A DNA stretch of 63,851 nt, filler included, from Choristocarpus tenellus KU-1152 (GCA_964200185.2; 12 parts of 12 records of this genome joined end to end with filler, not necessarily neighbours in it); one strand, 5' to 3'; positions 1 through 13,400 are shown, counted from the first letter of the whole stretch. A program made the numbers and translations. The notes: generated from the sequence alone by a model not told the origin.

Positions 1-117
1 GGAAGAAGGATACTGACACTTCTTAACAAACACGACAGCCAAAATTGCGTCAAGATTGCAACATTGGATTTTGGTCCCCAAACGGACGCGACTCTACCCT
101 CTAAGAAAATTTGACTC
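1..117 (+). mobile_element. MITE family A, partial copy (right end)
   Basis: Aligns by eye to the right half of 33942-34202 and 42118-42378 and ends in the TIR ...CCCTCTAAGAAAATTTGACTC. Confidence 0.8.
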
Positions 118-139
118 AGATTGGCACAAGTGTTAAAAA

Positions 140-322
140 GGCTCAACGTATCTTTGGGGGGGGTAATGGTCTACACCTGGGTGTCCATTTGGGGCCTGAC
201 CAGGAGAAGTGCACATACATTTTCCATCTCCGATGCATGCAACCAAATCACCCAAAAATCACGATATGGAAAAATGGACCCCGAATGTACAGCTGCCACC
301 GCCCCCAGATATATTTTGAGCC
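140..322 (+). mobile_element. MITE family B, full-length degenerate copy (~180 bp)
   Basis: Inverted termini GGCTCAACGTATCTTTGGGGG...CCCCCAGATATATTTTGAGCC; interior matches 23669-23840. Confidence 0.75.
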
Positions 323-2878
323 AAACCTCATGAGCATGTTGTTAGAAGGCACTATTTGGAATGGTGACAATGGGCACATATGTAAAAAAAGAGTGCAGAA
401 GTAATGGAGGGATGAAGTGAGGTGTGTTATAGACACACTTGTCAATACTTTAAAGTACAACACAACTCGTGTTCCCTTCTCAGATTGTATCAACTAATGT
501 ATGGAAGGCCTCTCCGTTTTGACTTGTGGATGGGTTGTGCTTAAGGTATTGTTGACAATGAACTGTCCAACAGGGTCTGCTCTTCATGAGGTGGTCATCC
601 CCCACTCTGATTCATCATGTGGGGGAAATCGGTTTAGAAAGTGCATACATCTTTACAGTTGGTGGTAGTGTAGCGTATTTTCGTACGAACGCACACTTTG
701 TCACTATTATTGTCCTGAATCGTATCAAGGGAGGTTCAGTATGTAGAGTCCCATTGTAATGCTCCAGTCAGTACTATCTACTTTGCGCATACTCATCCTG
801 CAGGAATTAAGGGACCTTCAGGACGTTCTTGTACCACTCCGCAACTATGATCAAAGTTGTGTGATAGTTGGCGAGGGATTCCAGTGGGGGAAACAGTACA
901 AGGGACAAGCCACAGAAAGCATATGTGTACGTAAAATTGATACAAGTGAAAGCACAACAACAAAATTTGAAAAACAAAGAAGAAGAATGTACTACTATAC
1001 ACAACTCGATAGGAGTGGAAGTACCTCTCTAAACTCAGCTACCTGCACACCTACTAAACCTCCCTCTTACTCGAATGTCACCCATAGTCCATACTACCCA
1101 TCGCGCCTAATTGAAAGGATAGAAAAACAAACACTTGGGAAAATTCGTTCCCTGAAACCCTTGAATTGGCAGAGAACTGTGAGGAGAGAGAGATAGGGAT
1201 GGACCAAGGGTGCGTTTCAAAGAAAAATACCTCAGCGAGATTTTCCCACCTTCTCAATCCTTTTCCCAATCTCGTACTACAACCTCGGGGGGAGGGGGGG
1301 GGGGAGATCATGGTGCTGCGGGAGAACAAAAGAGAACTTATTTGGGAAGATTTTGGTTACTGTTGTTCAAACAATGCGAAGACGTTTGTGTAGCGAAAGT
1401 GTAAGCCGACAGGTTTTTGAAAGTCCTGACTACTTTTTTTCATCCAGATCTCTCCTGTTGAGGAGATGACACCAGTATTACCGCAGTAGTCCCTGAAGCG
1501 AAGAATGACGGTGTCAACCAACTGGCGTCTTGGCCTCTCAAGCTGCCAATACAGGGTATTATGTAACAATAGGGTACACCCATAAAGTCACTACAAGGAT
1601 GCATCTCACAGCTATAATCTCCAAAGAATGAGCAGAAAAGAAAGAAAAAAGCTATGTAAGGCGGTCATTAAGGACCTTCAAGGGTTAGGGTATGACAGGC
1701 CCTCATCAGTCTCCCATCATCACCCTCCCTTCTAAACCAGAATACTGATCTCAGTCATGACCTTTACTGTTGCATTGTGCATCTACAATCCCTTTGACCA
1801 GTCTCTTCCCAGATGGTTTTCATGTCCTTGGGGAGGCGAGGTAGATTCTACAGTTGGCCAAGACCGAAGTGATGTCTCCAGTCCTGCGATGGACCTCTTG
1901 GTGGCAGTCATCCGATACGCCTTCCTAGCGACCTTTGCAAGAAAAAAAGAGAGACACAGGGGGAGGGGGGCAAAGAGAGGACGAGAACACATTACACCTG
2001 CACAGGGACATGAAGGGATACTTCCTGTAGCTGCAGAGATTCATCACAATTAAGAAAAGAAAAATACATCCCAAGGACTTCCCACTGTATGTATATGAGC
2101 ATAACTGAATCCCATCAATCCCCCCCCCCTCCCCGCTCAGCATACATACACCTCACCCAAATAGTTGAGGTCAAAATACAGGACTTGTCCTGTATATGCA
2201 TACATGTAACTATGGTGTTTGCAATGCCTCACAAGCAGGTATATTTCCACCTCACACATCTGTCATGCCATTTGGTAGAGATGTCCAGGTGCATGCTCAT
2301 GAAGTACTCCAACCTACATACTCTACACATGTGATTTACAAGCAGGAGTATACATATCTTCAGTTTGATAGGGTGAAGATTCAGTACATAGCACGGACAA
2401 GAGGGAATTTGCCTTATTATTATTATTATTATTATTGCTATGGAGCGGAAGAGCCACTTGTGGGACAAAAATCAAGAGAGCTGTGATGCTGGAACAGAGC
2501 TGTTTCTGATTTGGAAGATGTCATCTTATGATGTTGAGAAATTTGGTTGAATGTATGAGTTCAACCTGGAGATTAGTAGATCAGTAGATGAGATGCAAAG
2601 TAGGATACAAAGCAGGACCAGCCCAGCCCACATAAGTCCTCAATATTTGGAGCAAATTCTGTTCAATATATATATACATATATTATAATTTCAAGGGATA
2701 TACGTACGTACGTCCACAAAAAAAAGAGAAATGTGTTTTGCGGTCAGATTTGATCCCCAGCCTTTTAGACAAGGAAAAATCGATCACTGCATCTACCAAA
2801 TAGAAGATTTGGGTACGCATGGATGTGGAAAAGGAGGAGCGTAAACCCGGGGGGGACTGAAATATTGCACATGATGAT

Positions 2879-2903
2879 ACCTAACCCTAACCCTAACCCT
2901 AAC
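2879..2903 (+). repeat. Interstitial telomere-type (CCCTAA)n; shorter or degenerate tracts near 1681, 9855, 14620, 14805, 18475, 19165, 52715, 58060, 58910
   Basis: ACCTAACCCTAACCCTAACCCTAAC read directly. Confidence 0.85.
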
Positions 2904-3165
2904 AACAACGATAACGGCTAGAACCTACCTAACAAGCTAGCGTTACCATAACCTGGTCGTGATTGGTCAGGTCAAAGCAAAGAATACTACAAAACAGGGA
3001 TGACCCCTCCCCCCCCCCCCAAAAAAAAAAGGCCTAAGAGAAGAGATGGAACAAAAACAAATCCTCGAGAGCGCAGTAGCAGCATGTGCTTACTGTCCCT
3101 CGCATCTTTTTTTTTTTTTGCAATAAATATTAAATAACACACTTAGGTTCTTAGAATTTTCTTAA

Positions 3166-3265
3166 NNNNNNNNNNNNNNNNNNNNNNNNNNNNNNNNNNN
3201 NNNNNNNNNTTAATTAATTAANNNNNNNNNNNNNNNNNNNNNNNNNNNNNNNNNNNNNNNNNNNN
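3166..3265. other. Artificial contig spacer N44-TTAATTAATTAA-N44; identical spacers at 9490-9589, 18274-18373, 23159-23258, 26466-26565, 40433-40532, 43180-43279, 48227-48326, 53186-53285, 57583-57682, 60838-60937
   Basis: Eleven identical 100-nt blocks; the palindromic 12-mer gives TAA stops in all six frames, a standard concatenation linker. Confidence 0.98.
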
Positions 3266-3598
3266 AAAAGGGGTGGGGTAGATAGCGCCAGCTACAGCTA
3301 CATACAGCAAAAAGGAGTCCATTGCATCACCTACTCTAGACCCGCTATAATTATGAGTTGATTTGATCACCTAACCCTCACCCTTCTTGTGGGTGTGATC
3401 TCATACTTGCGCTAGCCCTTCCTCTTTGGGGGGAGTCGGATGACCGCACTGTGTTTCTTCACTTCCAGGGCACACACCGTCAGGCTAGTGGTCAATAAAT
3501 ACACTCAAATTTTCGACAGTCGACCCAGTTGGATATCTCTATATATCTCTAGTAGATTAGTGATAGTGTCGCAGTTACACTTGACAGTTACGTATTTA

Positions 3599-3635
<37 letters not shown>

Positions 3636-4117
3636 GTATGCATGTATGTATGTATATCGAAGGGGACATTACACAACCACGTATGACACTAGTTTTTTTG
3701 TAAGTTCATATAGACATTTTTGACACGAACCCCAGGGTCGGTTCTCGATTACAAGCTTTTAGAAGTAGTGCTCGTGAACACAGACCACAGCACATGGGAT
3801 GCACGTTGGCGGCAGCATGGCGGTTGCCCATCTACCATATGGCAGGCGGTAAGCAGCGCATGATACGAGCATGTGCTACAGAAGGCGTATCGACAAAGTC
3901 TCCCCCGGACAAAAGCAAAAAGTGGAACTCTATGCGTCAGTGAATAGCCTACACCCCTTTCATGCGTGCATTACGAGAAAAAGAAAGAAAGATAAAACTG
4001 CGTAATGTACTCACCTAACTCTGGAGTACAAACGTATCATACATACACTACTCCGGTAACGATGCGGCAGCTTACATGTTCGTAGCCTATATTTGTATGT
4101 ATCATCAAGCACGGCCC

Positions 4118-4450
4118 TTCGTAGTACCAACCTGGGCCTTGGCAAGCGCGAGGAGTTCCTCTCTGCGCTTGGAAGCGACAGTTACTTATGACAGTTACAC
4201 GTATCTATGTATGTAAGTATGTAAAATATGTATCATGTGTTATATATCATCAAGTATAATTCGTAGTACCAACCTGAGCCTTGGCAAGCGCGAGGAGTTC
4301 CACTCTGCGCTTGGAAGCGACAGTTACTTATGACAGTTACGCGTATCTATGTATGTAAGTATGTAAAATATGTATCATGTGTTATATATCAAGTATAATT
4401 CGTAGTACCAACCTGGGCCTTGGCAAGCGTGAGTAGTTCCTCTCCCTGCT
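4118..4450 (-). repeat. Tandem ~140-bp duplication (about 2.4 units) containing the 3' end and splice donor of RWD exon 2
   Basis: TTCGTAGTACCAACCTG(G/A)GCCTTGGCAAGCG starts at about 4118, 4260 and 4399; the intervening sequences are near-identical. Confidence 0.95.
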
Positions 4451-6610
4451 TAGAGGTGAGCCCCTTGATGACCTCGACAGATACCTCTGGTGCTGTGTCC
4501 GGATATGTTTCTGGTATACAACAAATGAGCTCCGCACCAACTGAAAAGCACAAGAGAGAAAGACCCCTCGTATATATATATATTATATAAATATAAATAT
4601 TTATAAATGTTTGTGTATGTATGTACAAATATAATTTCACCTATTAACTAAAAAAAAAAAAGAGTGCAAATTTTAATAAATATATATATATATATATTTT
4701 AAAAGCTTCAATGAAAGCGAATGATAAACTACCCACTGAGCCCAACGGACTTCCGACAAAATGGTGCATACAGGCATCATTTAGTTGGATAAGAAAGAGA
4801 TGAGAGTCATCTTTGAACGCAAATATACTTTTTTGTTTTCTTCACACTCGTTTGAAAGAGTGCACACTCGACGCAAGGGTTAGGGCTAATGCGCACACGT
4901 ATGAAAATTAAAAAAAAACTTCATCCCACGCTCGTAGCAGAGTTGTTGTTTTTTCTTTCCAACTTTTGGCGCTTGGCATTCGGCAGCACACACACACATA
5001 CACACACATACGTACATAATACATACATACATGCACACACACACACTAGCGTCTTGGAAGGCGCTCAAAGGTACATAGTATGCACATATGAGAATGTATC
5101 CGCTGCCAACAAAACATAGAGTACACCAACACTACTACTACAGCAGGATACTTTCCTCGCCTTTCACCCTATGTGCCCACACGCCCCAGCCCGGCGATCA
5201 ACGCTTTTGCCCCAAGGGCACAGGCCACTCCCGAGGCACACTTGAAGGTGTTTACTCAAGACTGACGACGGTCCTTCAAGCTGCGGACTTCAAAGCACAG
5301 AAACAACGCGTGCCAAACCTCGCCCTTCCCCCTCGACAACTCTCCAAATGTAAACACACACACACACACATACATACACACAAGTACCAAAGAGAGAAAG
5401 AATGGAGAGGATACTCCAGCAGACGTGCCCCATACCACCCCTAACATTCACTAAAGTATACACTGGAATACCTATCATTTTGGTCTCTGTGACACCTACC
5501 ACTCCCTCCCGGAGTGGGATGAAGGAGGGGCAAATTTGCGTTATGCAGGAAGGCGTTACTAATTTGAAAATAAAAAATTACAAAATTTAAACAGTGTACG
5601 CACTGTGAATGTATGAGAACGGGCGTAAATGCAAGGGTGTGATGGCGTATCTACCATCTGCCATGCACTAGGAATAAAGAAACCACTTGAAAAAAATGTG
5701 GAACCTGAGCGTCAATCAACAGAGTGGCTGGCCCAAGAAACCAACAGAATACCTAACTAAACCGTGTTTGAACTGTTCTAAAAAGAGTGTTTTTAGATTT
5801 CTTAGTAAAAAAAATATATGTAACTGCGTAGGGCAACTGCAATCCGAGATGCAACACAACTCACCACTGCACTTCAAGACAGCTATCGGATGGACTCAAT
5901 GCAACCAAAACAAACGCAACAATTGACAGATGCACACATACATGTTATTGAGTACAAATAACTACACCTTGCACTTCACTTCCCCCAGAAAATGGACCAA
6001 TCAAAAGCAAAATTTCGGCAAACATTGAGCAACCAGCATGCACTGTATTGTTCAAATGTTCCTTCTTTGTGAAATACTAAACCTCAGGGAAGGTATACCT
6101 TGGGCCGACAGGGTAATCTTCAATACAGTATTAAAATATTACAAAACCATATAATACTAAACTAGGGTAAGAAAGCATGTAAGGCGTGGTGAAATTTTTC
6201 CGCATTTGCTGACTCTATGGTAATGAGTTAATCATCAAGGACCCAACTGCACTCCTTCCTCAATAACCCATTTTTCTTACATATCAACACACTGTGTCAT
6301 TGCTGTAACGTTGTACACAGCAAAATATCTGTCAGATCCCAGCTACAAGTATCTTTGATACAATTTAATTCTTATCGTCACTTTTTCAGTCCAACTTACC
6401 GTGGTTCGCCCCTTCTCCCTCCCCACCGTCTGGGTGCGGGTCCAGTCTTAATCGCCATTCTAAGGGGTTATCTCCGGTCTTCGAGAACGCATCCATGAAG
6501 ATGGCCTCGAGAGCCTCCACCTCCATTGCCTGCTCCTCTGCATGATATCCTGTCGCATCACCTAGTTTCGCCGGTTTCGTGTCGCGAGGGCGATAGCGCG
6601 TGGTTGACAT
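4413..6610 (-). CDS. RWD domain-containing protein (RWDD1/Gir2-like), 5' part; exons 6610-6400 and 4540-4413; 3' exons not in this contig
   Basis: YHAEEQAMEVEALEAIF...LEWRLRLDP and ICCIPETYPDTAPEVSVEVIKGL carry RWD signatures (EQxxExEALxxIY/F, YPxxxP). The donor CACG|GTAAG and acceptor TTTTCAG|TT are phase-compatible. Confidence 0.85.
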
Positions 6611-6899
6611 TGAGGAGGTAAGGGTGCGTAGGAGGTACTGGCTTGCTAGCTACTCCACCACATGCCTCTTAGCACAGGATCAAGATCTCTCTCTCTCTCT
6701 CTCTCTGCGAAAATGTGATGGTTCACAGCTGGTGTGTTACTGAAAATCTACCTAATCAGAGCACAAGATGTTTTTTTACCTTGCAGAAGGCTCCTGTAGG
6801 CAAGCAGAGTAGGAAATAATATCACAAGCATAAATGGTGGCGCGATCGACCTCTCCACATCTCAGAAGAAGGTATCTGACCGCCTATTCTTCAATGAAA

Positions 6900-8000
6900 C
6901 ATCGAAGGTTGTTCTAGTAGGGTGAAGTTGTTTGGACACAACCCCAAGCTCACAACAAGGTTAGCTCTAGGACAACTCAACAATTCTAACGGGCCATTTT
7001 TATCAAAAACATTTCCTAGGTAGTCTCTTCCCAAACGCAGAAAGCTGCAGACGAGACATTTGTGGGCCAACCCCATCTGACGGCAAGGTTGTGCTAGTCC
7101 TGGTTGCAACACTCTTGCCCTTGAAATGTTTTGGCTAGGGAAGCAGCAAACTGGACCACGAGTCGAATATGAAAATGAATAGGGAAGGACACCAAAACGC
7201 GTTACCCCCGCTCTGTTGATGGAGGGAGACAACACTGCACACAAGCGTCAATTTTCTCACCATCGAACATACTCATGATCCTGAGACAACGATGCCCACG
7301 ATCGAATAGCTCCTTCTACACGGCAGCGTTGCCCAGATACTTAGGTAGGGTCCTGCTACACCTTTTAAAGAGGATTCACCTCTTGGGTTGGGTTGTAGGG
7401 GTTGGTCACCACCTCTTATTCCCAAGCAAATTGGTGCTGATCTTGGAGGAACCCTATGATTGGTATTATCAAGGATGGCGTTTTTGAGGATTGTGATACC
7501 TTTTAAACCCTACAGGAAGGGGGGTACTTGTTGGATACACTCTACTACAACGGAGAGGTTAGGAGGAGTGGTTGGGGAGTTGTCAGTTGGGAAAATTTAG
7601 GCATCTGCATTGTAAAAATTAACTGAAGGAAGTCTGTTGCCCGACTGTGAAGGAAAATAGAAGAGACGGTGAGCTGGTCTTTCATACCAGGGTTTTGGTC
7701 TTACAGCACTAGACCGTGCCATGAGATTATGGGATTGAATTTAAAATATGATCTTGTTCTATGCTCGTTACCATAAAGTAAATGGAGTTATAGATCCCAC
7801 GTATTCGATCAAGGTGAAGGTTGAAGTAGAAGGCCTCATGAGAATCAAGGCACAAACCCTCTATTATTTTGGACTTGATATTACTTGGTGTGCCGAGGTT
7901 CTCCCATAGCACCCACTCACCTTATCCACTGAAATCGAGATTGAGTGGAGGACGGCATAGTATGATTCGCACCTTCTGTCAGGAAGCATCTACCTGGTTG
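6900..8000 (-). mobile_element. Highly degenerate retroelement, possibly DIRS/Ngaro-like RT plus RNase H
   Basis: Broken frames: LCLDSHEAFYFNLHLD resembles the RT xDLKxAYxHxPxH motif, then KYLG, then QFAASLAKTFQGQECCNQD.HNLAVRW resembles a DIRS-type RNase H segment. Many stops and frameshifts; eye-level similarity only. Confidence 0.3.
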
Positions 8001-10299
8001 GAGAGGCCCCGTCCTCGTTATCTCCCTGGTAGATGGAACGAGGAACAGGTGGACAATAGTCTCTTAGTCCCTTCGCTCGTCCGCCCATTTTCTCGTGAGA
8101 GGCGAAATAGTTTTTCTCCCCTTTGTTTCTGTAGGGAAGCATATGACAAGCTGGGAAATTGCGATCTCGTCATCCCACCGATAGATAAACGAACAAGTGG
8201 TGCTCCAAATATGTAGTCTTCAGGTGTACCCCAACTTCCTTTCCCGAATGTATCCTTTGATGCGCCTCTTTTCACCCAGTGAACTCTTCAGCCTTGCCTT
8301 GCAAACCTTCTCTGAGATGGAGTGTATATCTGGTTGATGAGATACGTTTGTTGGGATATGGAGTATATGCTGGTTGTTGACTATTAATATCACAGCTGCA
8401 AACCAGATTACGTTGGAAGTCCATTCCCCAATTAGATATTCGGAGTGTTCAGTCATAAAGCGTGCAATAGTATGCGTATTTCTTGACATGCTTCGTTGTA
8501 GATGCAACCTCTGAGCAATGCCATTGGTTGGTTGTAAGTTGGTGGAGGCACAAGCACCTTACGGGACACTCGTTTCGTATTTGTTTGCAAAAGTCGAAAG
8601 CAGGTTGGATCGACAGATTCCATACGAGTTTTCCATGTTCTCTTCGTCACGATATGTGAATGGAGATGGTGACGGATTCTAAGCGGAGGAAGAAACAGAG
8701 GAATACTTCAACCCATCGAGTATCGTAGACATGCAGCGCCAGTGTAATACAAACTGTTGCATGTGAGGGTCGCCGCATTTCTGGAAGTGTTTGCCAGTGC
8801 CCGTGGTGGTAATGTTGGATGTCCATGCACTCCAAGTTGTTTCCTACCTGAATAATCTGTAGGAGGTATTGCTGCTCGATGTACGAACACACTGACATGA
8901 TGCACCCGGTTCGATTTATGGGAACAAACAATAACAAGTGCACGCATCCTTCCGGGTGTACTTAAGAAGATGTAAGGCCGCTCTCTGATCAATCCGGTAG
9001 TATTCTAATTTATTCTATTGGCGGCACTCTATAGTCGTAGAACAATGTCGCAAATTCAATGCACTATGTAGATTTTCGATTAGATTCGAGGGCTATAAAA
9101 TCACGTGCCCAAACAAATATACATGTGTGTGTAAGTATGTATGTTCTAAGGCAACCGTAAGATCAAAATAAAGTGTTGCATTTTTTTTTTGGGGGGTACA
9201 TTTACTGCGCAAGGAGTTTTTGCTGCAGTAAAACGATTTGAGCGAGCGTTAGCGGATTTTTTTTATTTTTTTTTATGGATTTTTTTTTGAAGGATCACAA
9301 TAGCTGGCCTGTGTGTGATAGGAGATTCGTAAGAATTGGGGTGTGTATGTATGTATGTATGTATGTATGTATGTATGTATGTATGTATTTATGAGTATAT
9401 AATTATGTTCGTGAGTAGCCCACCTAAGGGTCACCCTTTGCTGTCTACAAGCGCAGTACGTACCCTGCTGCTGAGTACTATCTTAAGCTNNNNNNNNNNN
9501 NNNNNNNNNNNNNNNNNNNNNNNNNNNNNNNNNTTAATTAATTAANNNNNNNNNNNNNNNNNNNNNNNNNNNNNNNNNNNNNNNNNNNNATGGACCCCAA
9601 AAAAGGACAGCCGTCACCCCCCCCCCCCAGGTACTTTGAGTCACCAATTCAGACCAGCGTGGAAGATGTTGTCGGATTGTTCGAAATAGGATGAGGCAAA
9701 GGAAAGATCATATGTACAGTCTGACAATGTGGTAGGGGTGATCGTCACTAGTAGTATGCTTGTCTTGGACACAATATAACATTGCCACATCTATGATATT
9801 GTCACATCTATGATATTGTCACACTGATGGAGACAAAGAGGGCGTTCAGTACCTAAGGGTTAGGGTTAATTGCATTTGATATCTTAGCAAGCCCTACTGT
9901 ATAATATTCTGCAGCCTCTTCAATCAACTGAAGTTTCCATCCATCTCTTATCTAGCTACTGAAAGAATAGAACAGCAGCAAGAAGCACCTGCATCAACTG
10001 CCCCCACTTCTATGTACCCCTTTTGGGGTGTGTGTGTGTGATGGTTTTATATCCAATTTGTTATATGTGAGATTGGAATCAAAGTGAGTTTTGGGTGAGG
10101 GGTTCAGGATTGGTAGTGGGAAGCCTGCTTCAAGCTGGGTTTTCTACTAGTTTGTAAATAGTGTGGTTTAGAAACACGAGGTCTGTATAGATGCATTGAG
10201 GTTGGCCTGATCAACTGAAAATAGAGTTTGGACAAACAGGTTTGGAGATTGATGTACAAACAGTTCGGAAGGACCAAGATTTGGTAAAGGTTAGTTCAT

Positions 10300-11250
10300 C
10301 GAGTTGCGCTCCTCTAGACACGGTTTTGTGATTCAAGATTGACAGAGTGGGAGTCATATTTTACAGAAAGAAAATCTTTGACAAAGAGACGAGCCAAAGA
10401 ATGAATCAATGGAATGCCTTCTCCTGAGGAGTAGTTTAATATTGATATCAATGGTACTTTATAGTCCAAAGCACAAAGCAACTGGCTTGATTTTGGAATC
10501 ACAGTTGCCAGGTAGTAAAGTCATCGGCAGGAACGTGATCAAAATTATTCCGAAATATATATATTGAAAGCGTGTTTAATGGGTTGGGGAGGGACTGTAG
10601 TAGAGATATAAAAATGATGTTGCTGGTGACAATCCGCTCTATTCTGTGCTCAGTCCCTGGGATTGCTTCACCTTGTGTCAGCAGTGTGAGACTCAAAATG
10701 ATATTGTATTGTATCAACTCCTGCCTGAAAGCTGTCAATTATTGTTATTTAAATCCCCTAAACTCCTGTTGTTGATAGCAAGCAATGCATTATATAATCC
10801 ATTGTCGGGTCAAGGTTTGTACGCATGCAATGCTATTCCAGTATTACACTGTCATCCTTTCAAAAAAATCATCATCTTGAGTGTAAAAACTGGGTATGCA
10901 TGAGAGTAATACCTGTCAGTCATGTTCCTAAGCAATGCATACTGAGTGCATGTTATTTTTCTGTGATTTTCGTACACGACCAAACACTACACGAGATTGA
11001 GCATGCACACTCACTTGTTCCTGGCTCGGAGGAGATTGACGGCATCCATGCATGTCTCGATAGTCCATAGCTGCTCTTCCTCCTTTAGTAAGGCGATTGC
11101 TGCACGGGTGGAATCGTTGAGGGGACATGGTGGCCCGTCGTCACCTCTAAGTGGCACACCTGCCTGGAGCCGAAGTTCCTTGTGGCGTTGTAGAGTGAAG
11201 GATGGAGGTATAGACAATTGTTTTGATTGATAAGAGGAATGGTGAGATTA
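10300..11250 (-). mobile_element. Degenerate non-LTR retrotransposon RT remnant
   Basis: IYIFRNNFDHVPADDFT resembles the LINE (F/Y)ADD motif, with decayed QG-like sequence upstream; multiple stops. Confidence 0.4.
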
Positions 11251-13299
11251 GCAAGTAGCCAGAATACGGTCAGTCGATATAGGTGAATCGTGCTAGGCAG
11301 GAGAGGAACTGAATATTGGCTTTTTTGTTTGCCGCTCCAGGTATGTATGTTAGGTATTCCATTTTAGGGTTGTTTCTGTCAGCACCATTTGCCCCGCAGT
11401 AATTACGAACATACCTAGTCAGTTTTCATTACACAATGCAACCTAAACTTTAGTCCGAAATATGTGCTGTTTTCGTCCTTCCCCATCCCTAACTCTCATC
11501 TATAAGCTCACCTCTACACCTCGATTGAAGGAGCTATCTGTCCCTTGGCCACCCAATAGCTGCTTCTTGCTGTTGGAGTCGTCCACCCCTCGCAGCTTTG
11601 AGGAGTGGGTGGGCATGTTATCGCCAGGAATACCTCCTCACTAGATTTGCAAGGCGCACTAAGCTGGGACGAAGGTCATTGCCAAGGGTGGGAGATATCA
11701 AGAAAGAGCTCAGAATACGACGATTCGCGGGAGTCCGCTCACATTGGGTATGGTCTACGTACATTGTGGCACAAGCGAATTCCCACCGAAGATGGCCATC
11801 AGTTGAGATAGCCCTCTCTCGCCAGCATAGGCCCAGATCTGGTTGTAAAGTTATAATCTTCTTAAGCTTCTTGTACCGCTATATCATAGGTGTTGCATTG
11901 TGCGAGGGACTTCGTATTGTGCCTAAGAGAAGTTTCCAAGGGGTTCACATGGGATGCGTACTTTGAATGAAGAACTTCACGCTTTACCTGTTGTACATAC
12001 AATATATGGAGGGCTGAAAATCACGTGGAATCCTTAGGTGCTCACCCCACGTTTGGGACAGTCGAGCATTCATGTAGCAATCAAACTTACCAATTCTGTA
12101 CAGGATAATGGAGTCGTAACGGCAAAACGCCAGACTTGTTCATTCATTAAAAAAATGCACTCCATTGTACTATAAATAAATGAGCGGTGATGGAGGAAAT
12201 AGGTGCACATAATTATATATTATATATGTATATGTAAGTGGGCCCCTGTAGGCGGGGCTGGATCCCTCAGTGGTTGCACATTCGACAGGGGAGGAGAGGA
12301 GAGGGGGTGTGGCGTAACCCCTTCCGTCTTTGAGCACGAGGGATGTGGCGTCGAAATCTGATCTACACACAGGAACTACACTTACTACTACTCCAAGAAG
12401 AACATAGTAAGACTTCGTAGTGTCAGTCTAGGAGTTCCTATGTCGTAGTGTAGTTTTCTCCTTTTTCATACCCTACAACTGTTTTCAGTTTACATCACAA
12501 TGTGTGAATCATGTCAACTGAGCATAATAAAATATTGTACAAGGACTCAAACTTCCCTACTGTTTAACACACAGACACTGACGGATGGACGGACAGGAAT
12601 CTCTTCGTTTCAGCACCACGTGAGAGAGCCATTACTGGTAGCATGCAGAAAGAGAGACAGATGGACAGGAATTACGTGGTTTTACACGTTATGTACACGA
12701 GAGGGGTGTAAGATATTGTAAGGGTCCCTTTCGTGCTTTTCGGGAAATAAAACAAATACCCAGAGAGGAATAGACAAAGGGTAGATGCAATCCTCATTTT
12801 CTTCCTTGTGATGGAAGTAATAGATACGGAGTGAGGGGGCGAAGAAGGTCAAAGTGAAATAAAGGTCCGTATACTACTTGTGGTATTGAATCGCAAGTAG
12901 TAGCAGTGGTGAGTTCTACATTGACAAAAGAACTTCCTTTTGTGTGATACTGATATTTTCGAAGTGATCAGTTCCGTTCACAAGCTTCACAGGATGGAAT
13001 GTTTGGTTTTAAAGAAGTTGAAATTATGGTTAAATGGTTTGATGGGGTGGAGATATTGCAGTGACCTCTGTTGATTTCACTGAACATAAAAGACTCCAAC
13101 ACCTAGGATAATAGTACACTCAACTCTAGAGTTACCCTATTAAGTCCACTGTCAGTGACAATGTTCATGTCATTTTGCTCTGTAACGTCCAATACTGCAG
13201 GACAATCTTAAGGGGACAGTTACCCTACATACAGTATAATGTCTCTGCTGTCTACATGACGTAAGAGCCTACAAATTTATTGTAACACCATTCTTTGCC

Positions 13300-13400
13300 T
13301 AAAACAAGGCAAGACTTCCTCAAGGCTGAAGTACTCGTCGAGGTCCTGTTATATGGCCGTGTGACTACATGGACACACCACCATGTCGACTTCAAGAAGA
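13300..13400 (+). mobile_element. Small LINE fragment (post-RT region)
   Basis: LKAEVLVEVLLYGRVTTWT matches the LKAEVxExLLYGCVTW motif also seen at ~15000 on the minus strand. Confidence 0.6.

Noticed and set aside
1783-1935. Possible terminal exon VARKAYRMTATKR...KGL*
   Set aside because: A plausible acceptor but no recognisable domain or partner exon; too weak to call.
3166-3265. Recurring palindrome TTAATTAATTAA as a biological motif
   Set aside because: Always centred in exactly 44+44 Ns: an artificial linker. ORFs running into X...LIN are artefacts, and gene neighbourhoods across spacers were not interpreted.
4975-5000. U6 snRNA-like 5' sequence TTCGGCAGCACA
   Set aside because: Runs into a (CA)n microsatellite; no ACAGAGA box or other U6 sequence follows.
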